Below are positions 26,987 to 35,374 of a DNA stretch of 64,000 bases, in pieces; position 1 is the stretch's first letter, and the number at the start of each line of letters is the position of its first letter. This DNA is from Vicinamibacterales bacterium (GTDB lineage Bacteria > Acidobacteriota > Vicinamibacteria > Vicinamibacterales > JAMQPK01), in NCBI GenBank assembly GCA_023717525.1, contig JAMQPK010000126.1:160-64159 (forward strand), in the 5' to 3' direction. The notes below the pieces were generated by a model that was not told the DNA's origin, did no database searches, and saw only the letters and a list, made by a program, of their open reading frames with translations. The translations under genes and the position numbers were made by a program.

Positions 26987-28374
26987 TAGTGTCCCGGGTG
27001 CACATCCCCCGGCGCTATCTGTCCGACAAACGTGGGGTCAGGCAGCTCCCCGCGATGCTTCGATGCGACCTGCAACCCTTCCTCGTACTCCCAGATCGAA
27101 ATCATGGGGCTGAATTTCGCAAACAGGAAGTACATCAGCACGAAGAATCCCAGCGTGCCCCCGGCGATCGCCATTTCCGTGTACGAGGGCCAGTAGTGGC
27201 CGTAGTTATACGGCAAGTACGGATGCACCAGCGTCGGGACGATGATCAGGAACCGCTCCAGCCACATGCCGACGAGAATGCCGCACGAGGCCATGAAGAT
27301 GAGCGGGATGGTTCGCAGCTTCTTAATCGCCAGAACCGGAAATGGGATGATGAAGTTGCAGATCACCATCAGCCAGAACATCGGCGCATACCGGCCGGAG
27401 ATTTTCGACCAGAACACCGTCATTTCCGCCGGCTCGTTGCCGTACCACGTCACGAGATACTCCGTGAACGTGAAATAGAACCACAGCAGGCTCATCGTCA
27501 GCAGCATCTTTGCAAGATTGTCGAAGTGCACCGGCTGCAGATAGTGCTCGAGCTTGAAGTATTTCCGGATCATCACCATCGCGATCAGCAGTGCGGCGAT
27601 GCCGGAGAAGATCGCGCCGACGACGAAGTATGGGCCGAAGATCGTCGAGTGCCACATCGGCATCACCGTCATGGCGAAGTCCCACGACACGATCGTGTGG
27701 ACCGACACGGCGACAGGAATGATGACGAGGGCCATTATCGAGATCGCCTTCTCGAGGCGCACCCACTCGCGTTCGGTGCCTCGCCAGCCGAGGGCCAGCG
27801 TGCGATACATCGGCTGGCGCCAGCCGGTCGATTTGTCGCGCGCGACGGCCATGTCCGGAATCATCGGCAGGTACAGGTATGTGACGCTTCCGGTCAGGTA
27901 CGTGTTGATGGCGATGAAGTCCCACATCAGCGGCGATTGGAAGTTCGGCCACAGGTGCCGGCTGTTCGGGAACGGAATCATCCAGTAGAAGAGCCATGCG
28001 CGGCCGAGATGGATGAGAGGGAAGAGCGAGCCGGTGACGAGGGCGAAGGTCGTGATCGCTTCGGCGCAGCGCGTAATCGGCCGGCGCCACTCTGCCTGAA
28101 CAACGCGCAGGATGGCCGAGATGAGCGTGCCGGCGTGGCTGATGCCGATCCAGAACACGAACGTGGTGATGTAGAGACCCCAGTACGACGGCCGGTTCTT
28201 GCCCGCCATGCCGATGCCGTACTTCAGCTGCAGCCCCCAGGCGACGAACACGACCATTGCCACCAGCAGCAGAAATCCAGTCGTGACGTAGTAGATGGCG
28301 CTCGTCTTGAACAACGGGCCGAGCAGGTCGCGGTTGATCCGTGCTTCGGTAAAGCGAGGCGTTTCGGCGGCCAT
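26986..28374 (-). CDS. actC: NrfD/PsrC-type polytopic quinone-interacting membrane subunit (ActC-like)
   Basis: The 462-aa protein has about 10 TM helices and NrfD-like segments (WGLYITTFVFWIGISHAGTLISAILR). Confidence 0.85.
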   Translation of the reverse strand: MAAETPRFTEARINRDLLGPLFKTSAIYYVTTGFLLLVAMVVFVAWGLQLKYGIGMAGKNRPSYWGLYITTFVFWIGISHAGTLISAILRVVQAEWRRPITRCAEAITTFALVTGSLFPLIHLGRAWLFYWMIPFPNSRHLWPNFQSPLMWDFIAINTYLTGSVTYLYLPMIPDMAVARDKSTGWRQPMYRTLALGWRGTEREWVRLEKAISIMALVIIPVAVSVHTIVSWDFAMTVMPMWHSTIFGPYFVVGAIFSGIAALLIAMVMIRKYFKLEHYLQPVHFDNLAKMLLTMSLLWFYFTFTEYLVTWYGNEPAEMTVFWSKISGRYAPMFWLMVICNFIIPFPVLAIKKLRTIPLIFMASCGILVGMWLERFLIIVPTLVHPYLPYNYGHYWPSYTEMAIAGGTLGFFVLMYFLFAKFSPMISIWEYEEGLQVASKHRGELPDPTFVGQIAPGDVHPGH

Positions 28375-28377
28375 CGG

Positions 28378-29079
28378 CTACGCCCCCCCGCCGCTCAGGT
28401 ACACGACGCGCGGCCGTGTGCCGAGTTCTTCGAGGAGGCGACGCCCGCGATTGGATCGCGATAGCTTCGACACCTCGCTGTCTTCGTCGCTCAAGTCGCC
28501 AAACACGATCACTTTTGCGGGGCACGCCTGTGCGCAAGCCGGCTTGATCTCGCCGTCCTTCACCGCGCGCTTCTCATCCTTTGCCGTGTCTTGCGCGCGG
28601 CGGATCCGCTGCACGCAGAACGTGCACTTTTCCATGATGCCACTCGTGCGAATCGAGACGTCGGGGTTCAGCTGCTCGTTCATCGGGCTATCCCACGAGG
28701 GTGTGAACCACGTGAAGAAGCGGACGGTGTATGGGCAGTTGTTGGCGCAGAACCGGGTGCCGACGCAGCGGTTGTAAACCTGGGCGTTCAGTCCGTCCGG
28801 GGTGTGATAGGTCGCATTTACGGGGCAAACCGGCTCGCACGGCGCCGCGTCGCATTGCTGGCACATCACCGGCATGAACTTCGCCTTGATGTTCGGGAAC
28901 TCTCCTTCCCAGTACCGTTCGACTCGGATCCACTGATGCGTCCGGCCCATGGCGGCCTGTTCGGGACCGACGGTCGGCAGATTGTTTTCCGCGTGACACG
29001 CCACGACGCAGGCTTCGCAACCTGTGCAGCGGTCGGTGTCGACGGTCATTCCCCAGCTTGGCATGTAGCTGATCCTCAT
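28378..29079 (-). CDS. actB2: 4Fe-4S ferredoxin-type iron-sulfur subunit (ActB2/PsrB-like)
   Basis: It has four Cys clusters: CTGCEACVVACHAEN, CQQCDAAPCEPVCP, CVGTRFCANNCP and CTFCVQR...CAQACP. Confidence 0.9.
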   Translation of the reverse strand: MRISYMPSWGMTVDTDRCTGCEACVVACHAENNLPTVGPEQAAMGRTHQWIRVERYWEGEFPNIKAKFMPVMCQQCDAAPCEPVCPVNATYHTPDGLNAQVYNRCVGTRFCANNCPYTVRFFTWFTPSWDSPMNEQLNPDVSIRTSGIMEKCTFCVQRIRRAQDTAKDEKRAVKDGEIKPACAQACPAKVIVFGDLSDEDSEVSKLSRSNRGRRLLEELGTRPRVVYLSGGGA

Positions 29080-29080
29080 T

Positions 29081-29143
29081 GGCTCTAGGCTCTGGGCTTT
29101 CGGCCAGCAGCGCGGCCCAAAGCCTAAAGTCCAAAGCCCAAAG
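29081..29143. repeat. 63-bp palindromic heptamer element, copy 1
   Basis: There are nine in-register units: GGCTCTA GGCTCTG GGCTTTC GGCCAGC AGCGCGG CCCAAAG CCTAAAG TCCAAAG CCCAAAG. The left and right arms are imperfect reverse complements (19 of 25 positions). The element fills the actB1-actB2 spacer. Confidence 0.85.
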
Positions 29144-29145
29144 TC

Positions 29146-31422
29146 CTATCGATGCGGCGGCTCCTCGTGATGGTCTCTCGCCTCCGGGTTCCCGAACCGG
29201 ATGATCTCTTCAACGCGACCCGCCTTCGCGACGCCGACACGTACGCCTGCCTGGACGACGGCTCCCGATGCTGTATCGAGCGCCGAAGTCGCGAGGGTCA
29301 GCGGGTTCGCGCCACGGCTCGACGCGTACCGCCCATACTGCGTGTGCCCCTGGCCAACCGGAATCGAAATCACGTCGGGCCGCAACCCGGGATAGATGTA
29401 CGCCGGAAGCTCGATGGTTCCCTGCGCCGATCGAATCATCAGGACGTCGCCCTCATGAATCTCCAGCTTGCGCGCCGTGTCCGGATTGATTTCAACCCAC
29501 GATCCCCACATCACCGTCGTCATGGGATCCGGCATCTCCTGCAGCCACGGCAGATGCGCCGTCCGCCCGTCTGCAAATGCGGCGGAAGCATAGAGATGAA
29601 GCGCGAAGGGGAACTGTTGTGGATCCCCGGCAAACGCGCGCGCGGTGACTGGTGCCTGGGGCATCACGAAATTCACCTTGGCCGGCGTGAGGGTCTTGCC
29701 CTCAGCCCTCAGCCCTGAGCCCTCGGCCGCCGTAGGCGGCGTCGCCCACCATCCTCCCGCTTCCGTGACCTTTTTGTAGAACGCGTCGAAATCCGGATCG
29801 ACGGTCGAGCCCGTATTCAACGCGTGCACGGTTCGAAAGGATTCCTTCACGGCTGCCGCGAATGTTTCGTAGGGAAGCGCCTCGGCCACCTTGCCGCCGA
29901 GCGCTTTCGCGGTCTCGATCAACACGTCTCCCGTGTCGCGCGTGTCCCAGCGCGGCTCAACCACCGGCTGACCCAGCGTCCGAATCGGGAACCCGACGCC
30001 TGGCTCGGGCACATCATCGATCCAGCGCTCAAGCGAGTGATGGTTGGGAAGGATCAGATCGGCCATGACCGCCGTCTCATCGAGGAACGACGAGAAACTC
30101 GCGATGAACGGCACAGCCGACAGGGCCGTTTGCAGCTTCTTCGCTTCCGGTAACGTGAACAGCGGATTTGCGTCGAACAGCAGAAGCGCTTTCACGCCGC
30201 CAGCACCGTCGATGAACCTGTGAATATCCGGGCCGGCCGTAGCGGGAGCAGGCCCGGGTGACTCGGCGCTGTCACGGAGAATGCCGCCCTTTGTCCCGTA
30301 GGCGCCAACGAGCGCGTTCAGCGCGTAGATCGCGGTAAGGGATGCGACATCGCGGCTGTCGCCAACGGCCACGCTCGGACGGCGTTGCGCGAACTCGCGC
30401 GCGATGCGTTCGATCTTCTCGGCCGGCACGTCGACTTGTCCCGCCACCGTCGCCGGTGCATAGTTCGCGAGCGTTGCAGACCATGCGGCGAACCCGTTGG
30501 TCTTCTGGTTCACGAAGTCGGCGTCGTACAGTTTTTCGTTCACGATGACGTGCGCCATCGCCAGCGCGAGCAGGCCTTCCGTTCCCGGCTTGATAGGCAG
30601 CCACTCGTCGGCGCACGCCGCTGTCTGCGACAAGCGAGGCTCCGCGTGCACGAACTTTCCGCGCATGCCGGGACGGCCCTGACGGAACATGCCGTATGCG
30701 TAGATGTTGCGGACAGGGGAAAGGAACGTCTCGAACAGATTCGCGTTGAACGACAGCAGGTACATCGCGTTGGCAAAATCGACGGCCGGGAGTTTCGCGA
30801 CCCCGGTCGTCAGCTCCATCGCCTTCCGGATCGGCGCGGGATCGAACGGATCGTAGGAGACGACGTTCGTGCTGCCGAGGCCCGCCGCGAACCGCTCGAT
30901 CACTGTTCCCATGGTGCCGCGGTTTCTTCGACCGGTCAGCATTGTGATCGCCTGCGGCGCGGCTTGCTGCTGCTGAAGCTGCGTGACGAGCTGCTGCTGC
31001 GCCTCTTTCCACGTGATCGCCTGATACTGCCCGGACCCACGGGGCCCTGACAGCTTCAACGGCGTGCGAATGCGATCGGGATGGTAGAGCGCCTGTACGC
31101 CGGCCTGGCCCCGGGCGCACGTGCCGCCCATGCTGATCGGGTGATCGGGATTGCCTTCGATCTTCTTGGCCTGCACGGCCTTCACGCGCTTCTGCTGACC
31201 ATCGATCGTCCGGACCGACTGTCCCTGCATGACGCGCACGTTGATGCCGCATCCTGCGGCGCACTGCTGGCAGACGGAGCGGATCCAGCCCTCCTCGCCG
31301 GGGACGAAGGTGTCTTCGCCGACGAGCAAAGGAATCAGCTCCTGCGGCTTGCCGCATCCGTCGAGGATGAGGCCCGCGGTGCCGACCACGCCGCCTGTTT
31401 TCAGGAAATCTCGTCTCTTCAT
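29146..31422 (-). CDS. actB1: Molybdopterin-oxidoreductase-family catalytic-type subunit with Tat signal (ActB1-like)
   Basis: It has the Tat motif MKRRDFLKTGG and the N-terminal FS0-type cysteines CQQCAAGC...GNPDHPISMGGTCARG. It is MopB-sized. ATG 31422 is chosen over the listed 31473. Confidence 0.85.
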   Translation of the reverse strand: MKRRDFLKTGGVVGTAGLILDGCGKPQELIPLLVGEDTFVPGEEGWIRSVCQQCAAGCGINVRVMQGQSVRTIDGQQKRVKAVQAKKIEGNPDHPISMGGTCARGQAGVQALYHPDRIRTPLKLSGPRGSGQYQAITWKEAQQQLVTQLQQQQAAPQAITMLTGRRNRGTMGTVIERFAAGLGSTNVVSYDPFDPAPIRKAMELTTGVAKLPAVDFANAMYLLSFNANLFETFLSPVRNIYAYGMFRQGRPGMRGKFVHAEPRLSQTAACADEWLPIKPGTEGLLALAMAHVIVNEKLYDADFVNQKTNGFAAWSATLANYAPATVAGQVDVPAEKIERIAREFAQRRPSVAVGDSRDVASLTAIYALNALVGAYGTKGGILRDSAESPGPAPATAGPDIHRFIDGAGGVKALLLFDANPLFTLPEAKKLQTALSAVPFIASFSSFLDETAVMADLILPNHHSLERWIDDVPEPGVGFPIRTLGQPVVEPRWDTRDTGDVLIETAKALGGKVAEALPYETFAAAVKESFRTVHALNTGSTVDPDFDAFYKKVTEAGGWWATPPTAAEGSGLRAEGKTLTPAKVNFVMPQAPVTARAFAGDPQQFPFALHLYASAAFADGRTAHLPWLQEMPDPMTTVMWGSWVEINPDTARKLEIHEGDVLMIRSAQGTIELPAYIYPGLRPDVISIPVGQGHTQYGRYASSRGANPLTLATSALDTASGAVVQAGVRVGVAKAGRVEEIIRFGNPEARDHHEEPPHR
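29698..29732. repeat. Heptamer array inside the actB1-like coding region
   Basis: The units GCCCTCA GCCCTCA GCCCTGA GCCCTCG GCCGCCG encode AEGSGLRAEG on the minus strand. This is the same unit, reverse complemented, as the array at 20177. Confidence 0.75.
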
Positions 31423-31483
31423 GTTTAATCGCGGGGGTCCCTCACCCCGCTCGCGGCTCGTTTCTCCGACCAACCTATGTGAC

Positions 31484-31544
31484 TAACGACAAACGAGTGA
31501 GACCAACGACTGGCACCAACGACCAACGACTAACGACCAACGAC
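31484..31544. repeat. Heptamer array (NAACGAC x9, two 6-nt units)
   Basis: The units TAACGAC AAACGAG TGAGAC CAACGAC TGGCAC CAACGAC CAACGAC TAACGAC CAACGAC lie in the actA-actB1 spacer. Confidence 0.85.
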
Positions 31545-31548
31545 TAAG

Positions 31549-32049
31549 TTATTTATGGCACGTCAGGCAGTCGTCGCTGACTTTCTTCTCACGATGGCAA
31601 TCGATGCATTTCCCCATCGTCCAACGAATGTTCTCCTTCATGGGCGTCATCATGTTCTTCATGTCGCCATGACAGGTGGAGCAATCCACGCCGGCTTTCA
31701 CGTGACGCTTATGACTGAAGTAAACCGCGGCTTCCTCCGGGAAACCGTAGACGCGCACCCAGGGCGGCTCCTCGTTCTTCTGCGCGTAGGCCGCCAGCTT
31801 CTTGATCTCGGGGCTGTCGGTCTTCACGTTTTCGTGGCACACCATGCATTCGGTGACGCTTGGAATGGTCGCGGCAATCGACCGATCGGCGTTCACGTGG
31901 CACGAGAGGCACTCCATCTGGTTGTCGACGACGTGGATCTTGTGCGGATAGGCAATCGGTTGAGGGACCACGCGCGCAGGCCGGAAGGCGAACGCCACAG
32001 TGGCAATCAGGAGAATCAGCACAACCGCGCCGAGAACGTATTTGCGCAT
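31549..32049 (-). CDS. actA: Membrane-anchored pentaheme c-type cytochrome (ActA-like)
   Basis: It has an N-terminal TM anchor and five CxxCH motifs (CLSCH, CMVCH, CSTCH, CIDCH, CLTCH). Confidence 0.85.
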   Translation of the reverse strand: MRKYVLGAVVLILLIATVAFAFRPARVVPQPIAYPHKIHVVDNQMECLSCHVNADRSIAATIPSVTECMVCHENVKTDSPEIKKLAAYAQKNEEPPWVRVYGFPEEAAVYFSHKRHVKAGVDCSTCHGDMKNMMTPMKENIRWTMGKCIDCHREKKVSDDCLTCHK

Positions 32050-32119
32050 CGATATCGTCTGTGGTCGGGAAATAGATTGGGGAAAACCGCGAAAGTCTAT
32101 CGTGCTTTTCAGCGCAAGT

Positions 32120-34156
32120 CTAGGGAGCGGGAACCACCGTGGCGTCGTTCGCGGCCGGTGCGGCCTCCGGTGTGTAGGGGAGATTTCTGGCGTATTTCTC
32201 GAACCACTCGATCTCCGTATTCATCTTATAAAGCTCGTGCCGTGGCTGAACCCATTGGTGCGGCTCGTTTGGGGCAATGTGCAGCTCGGTGGGGACGCCC
32301 TGTCCTTTCAGCGCGCGCTGCATTTCCACAGACTGCGCCATCGGCACGCGCGAGTCGTTTTCGCCGATGAAAAAAATCGTCGGAGTCCGTGCCGCCGTGA
32401 TGTATTTCAAAGGCGAGTGGTCCCAATAGGTCTGGATCGGGGCGTTTTTCTGCCAAATCGTGCCGCCGAGCCACAAATCCCGGTCTCCGTGCGTGTCGGA
32501 CTGCCCGTAGAGGGAAATCCAGTTGGCGACTCCGGCGCCGGATGAGGCTGCCTTGAACCGCGTCGTGAAGGTGATCAGCTTGTTCACGAGGTGGCCGCCC
32601 GCGCTCCACCCCGATACGGTCAGCCGATCGGGATCGGCAATGCCCATCGCAACCACGCGGTCGACTCCGGCGAGCACATCGAGGTGGCTGTTCTTGAAAT
32701 AGCCTCCGATCGGCTCGCGGTAGAACACGTTGCCGTAGCCCGAGCTGCCACGATAGTTCGGGCGGAGGATGGCGTAGCCGCGGTCTGTCCAAATCGGCTG
32801 GATGTTGTAGAAGATCGAACCCCAACCGAATCGATCCGACGCTTCCGGGCCTCCATGCAGCTGCACGACAAGTGGATAACGCGTGCCGCGTCTGTAGTCG
32901 ATTGGGTATGTGAGGATCCCCTCGATCCGTACGCCGTCGACGCCCTTCCACTCCACCCGCTCCTGCTTTGGCAGGGCGAAGTCGCGATCGAGGTAGTCGT
33001 AGATGCCGGTCGCGCGTTTCGGAGTACTCGCTCCCGGCGCCAGCGTCCAGATGTCGCCGATTCTCGTCGGCTCATCGATCATGAACACGTGGTACCCGCC
33101 CGCCATATTCCACGACGTCAGCACGAGCGCATGTTCGCCGCTGGTGATTTGCCGCGGTGTGCGCGTGGCGAGATCGACCTGAAACAGCTCGATATGGACG
33201 CCCATGTTCACGATCATCCAGATCGACTTGCCATCGGCAGACCAGGAGGCACGCAGCACTTCATGAGGGAAGGTCGGCATCAGCGCGCGAGCAGGTCCAC
33301 CGGCGGCAGGAACGAGGAACAGATTCTCGTTGTAGTACGGCTCCTGGCGGCTGTTGGCGCGGGCGAGGAACAGGACTTGAGTTCCGTCGGGAGAAAGGTC
33401 GCCTTCCTCTTCGGGGATGCTGTTCTTGGTGAGCTGGATGGGCCCGCTGCCGTCGGCCGCGATGCTCCATAGCTCCATCCTGTCTGTATCGACGGGCAGA
33501 GGAGTTGGCCGGCGGCTGATGACGATTCGCCGGCCATCAACGGAAATCTTGAATGCGAACACCGAATAGTCGCCGTCGGTCACGCGAGTTTCCTTGCCAC
33601 CCGCAACGTCCACCTTCCACAAGTGGCGCATTCGGAACTCGTCGAGCACACGCATATCGCCGCGAAGACGCTCGCGCTCACGCTCTATGTCGGTCGGTGG
33701 GTTGGCCGCGAGGAAGTAGACGGATTGCCCGTTGGGATGCCAGGCAATGTCCGTGACGGCGGTCACATGCTGCGAGAGTTGCCGCGGCCTGCCGCCGCCG
33801 GCTGGCATCAGCGACACTTGACCGCGCGAGAGAAAGGCGATCGTCGAGTCATCCGGCGACCAGCGGCCGCTGAACGCGCCCGCGTCGATCGATGTGAGCC
33901 GGCGCAACCCTGTTCCATCCGAATTGATCCGCCAGATCTGTGCGACACGCCGGTTGCCCGGCCAGTCGGTGGTGGCGAGACCAAAGACGATGAGGCGGCC
34001 ATCGCGGGTGATTTGCGGATCGCCGACCCGCGGGATGTTCAGGAGATCGACGAGGGTTATCCGCCGCTTGGCCTGCGCCTGGGGTAGCGGGCTCGAGGTG
34101 AATATCACGCACGCCGCAGCCAGGGCGCAGGCCCATGCCGGCCTGCCAATTGCCAT
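32120..34156 (-). CDS. S9-family serine peptidase with N-terminal beta-propeller (prolyl oligopeptidase / DPP family)
   Basis: It has a signal peptide after the Met at 34156, WD40/TolB-like propeller repeats, the nucleophile motif SGWSAGGH, and a C-terminal GENDSRVP...H catalytic region. Confidence 0.88.
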   Translation of the reverse strand: MAIGRPAWACALAAACVIFTSSPLPQAQAKRRITLVDLLNIPRVGDPQITRDGRLIVFGLATTDWPGNRRVAQIWRINSDGTGLRRLTSIDAGAFSGRWSPDDSTIAFLSRGQVSLMPAGGGRPRQLSQHVTAVTDIAWHPNGQSVYFLAANPPTDIERERERLRGDMRVLDEFRMRHLWKVDVAGGKETRVTDGDYSVFAFKISVDGRRIVISRRPTPLPVDTDRMELWSIAADGSGPIQLTKNSIPEEEGDLSPDGTQVLFLARANSRQEPYYNENLFLVPAAGGPARALMPTFPHEVLRASWSADGKSIWMIVNMGVHIELFQVDLATRTPRQITSGEHALVLTSWNMAGGYHVFMIDEPTRIGDIWTLAPGASTPKRATGIYDYLDRDFALPKQERVEWKGVDGVRIEGILTYPIDYRRGTRYPLVVQLHGGPEASDRFGWGSIFYNIQPIWTDRGYAILRPNYRGSSGYGNVFYREPIGGYFKNSHLDVLAGVDRVVAMGIADPDRLTVSGWSAGGHLVNKLITFTTRFKAASSGAGVANWISLYGQSDTHGDRDLWLGGTIWQKNAPIQTYWDHSPLKYITAARTPTIFFIGENDSRVPMAQSVEMQRALKGQGVPTELHIAPNEPHQWVQPRHELYKMNTEIEWFEKYARNLPYTPEAAPAANDATVVPAP

Positions 34157-34193
34157 GGGAATGCGTCGAGTATAACCTTTGAATTCACGACCC

Positions 34194-34667
34194 ATGTCTG
34201 ACCGTAAATATCGGCAGCGCGGCTATCAGGATTCAGGCGGGGAGCGAAAAGGGCCACAAACTGGTCCAAAAGCGCCCCTTCCCAAGCCGCCGGCCGACCG
34301 GATCGAAACCCGTCTCGACAAAGCCGAGCGAAAGGCCCTCGACGGCCGGGGGCCGAGCGTGCCGGGCTATCACGAGGTGATGCGCTGCGCGCGGTGCGGC
34401 AATGTCTTTACCGATACGATCCTCTCGCTCTCGCGGTGCAAGCGTTGTGGCGCCGATCTGCGATCGTGCGCGCAGTGCGAGTCGTTCGATACGGGAAGAC
34501 GGTTCGAGTGCGCCCAGATCATTCCGGTTCGCATTTCACCCAAAGATGCGGCCAACTCGTGCGAGTTGTTTTCGCCGCGTGTGACGGTGGAGCGCGATAC
34601 CCATTCGCCGACCCAGCGCGACGCTCCCAACAGCGCCAAGAAGGCGTTCGACGACCTGTTTAAATGA
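34194..34667 (+). CDS. Hypothetical zinc-ribbon protein
   Basis: It has a basic disordered N-terminus (MSDRKYRQRGYQDSGG...) and then three CxxC pairs (CARC, CKRC, CAQC) plus two further Cys. ATG 34194 is preferred to the listed 34179. Confidence 0.6.
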   Translation: MSDRKYRQRGYQDSGGERKGPQTGPKAPLPKPPADRIETRLDKAERKALDGRGPSVPGYHEVMRCARCGNVFTDTILSLSRCKRCGADLRSCAQCESFDTGRRFECAQIIPVRISPKDAANSCELFSPRVTVERDTHSPTQRDAPNSAKKAFDDLFK

Positions 34668-34730
34668 GGCTCTAGGCTCCGGGCTTTAGGCTCTGGGCCA
34701 TGCCAAAAGCCGAGAGTCCAAAGCCCGACG
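34668..34730. repeat. 63-bp palindromic heptamer element, copy 2
   Basis: The units are GGCTCTA GGCTCCG GGCTTTA GGCTCTG GGCCATG CCAAAAG CCGAGAG TCCAAAG CCCGACG. It starts 1 nt after the zinc-ribbon gene stop and runs into the listed start of the next ORF. Confidence 0.85.
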
Positions 34731-34732
34731 TC

Positions 34733-35359
34733 ATGTACCTGAACCCCGCCGCCCGCGAAGCGATCGCGAAGAAATTCGCGACCCTCGCCTCACCTGTTCG
34801 CCTCATCTTCTTCGAACAATCGATCGGATGCGAGACGTGTGCGTCAACGAAGCAGCTTCTGGAACAGCTGTCCGAATTGTCTGACAAGGTCGCAATTGAA
34901 ATTCTCAACCTCGCGCTCGACAGGGACAGGGCATCGGAGTACGGCATTGATCAGGTGCCTGCGGTCGTCGTCTCGGCGCCCGGACGCGCGCGCGTTCGCT
35001 TCTATGGAGCGCCGCGTGGCAACGAACTGATGTCGCTCGTCGAAGCCGTGCGGATGACAGCCGCGGGCGACAGCGGCCTCGGCGAGCGGAGTCGTGAGCG
35101 CCTGCGGACGCTTTCACGACCGGTCGATCTGAAGGTCTTCTTCACACCCACCTGCGTGGACTGTCCGCGTATGGTCAAACTGGCGTGTCAATTGGCAGTC
35201 GAAAGCCCGCTTGTGACGGCGACGGCGATCGATGCGACCGAGTTCCCAGAACTGGTCCGGCGCTACCGCGTGAACGGCGTGCCGAAGACGGTGATCGACG
35301 ACCACGCGGAGGTCATGGGAGCCGTGCTCGAGACAGAGTTGGTGGCCGCAATCTGCTAG
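34733..35359 (+). CDS. Two-domain thioredoxin-fold protein disulfide oxidoreductase (glutaredoxin-like domain protein)
   Basis: It has two Trx-fold halves with CxxC motifs (GCETC and TCVDCP). The start is moved to ATG 34733 because codons 1-11 of the listed ORF are the right arm of a repeat element. Confidence 0.75.
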   Translation: MYLNPAAREAIAKKFATLASPVRLIFFEQSIGCETCASTKQLLEQLSELSDKVAIEILNLALDRDRASEYGIDQVPAVVVSAPGRARVRFYGAPRGNELMSLVEAVRMTAAGDSGLGERSRERLRTLSRPVDLKVFFTPTCVDCPRMVKLACQLAVESPLVTATAIDATEFPELVRRYRVNGVPKTVIDDHAEVMGAVLETELVAAIC

Positions 35360-35374
35360 CATCCCTCCCTGCGC

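Noticed and set aside
26977-28464. A 495-aa plus-strand ORF
   Set aside because: It is antisense to the NrfD-type actC gene, and its His/Arg/Asp-rich low-complexity translation has no motifs.
34157-34195. Peptidase start at 34195 overlapping the divergent zinc-ribbon gene start
   Set aside because: That would place two divergent start codons on overlapping bases. The Met at 34156 gives a proper signal peptide (MAIGRPAWACALAAAC...), so the longer form is rejected.
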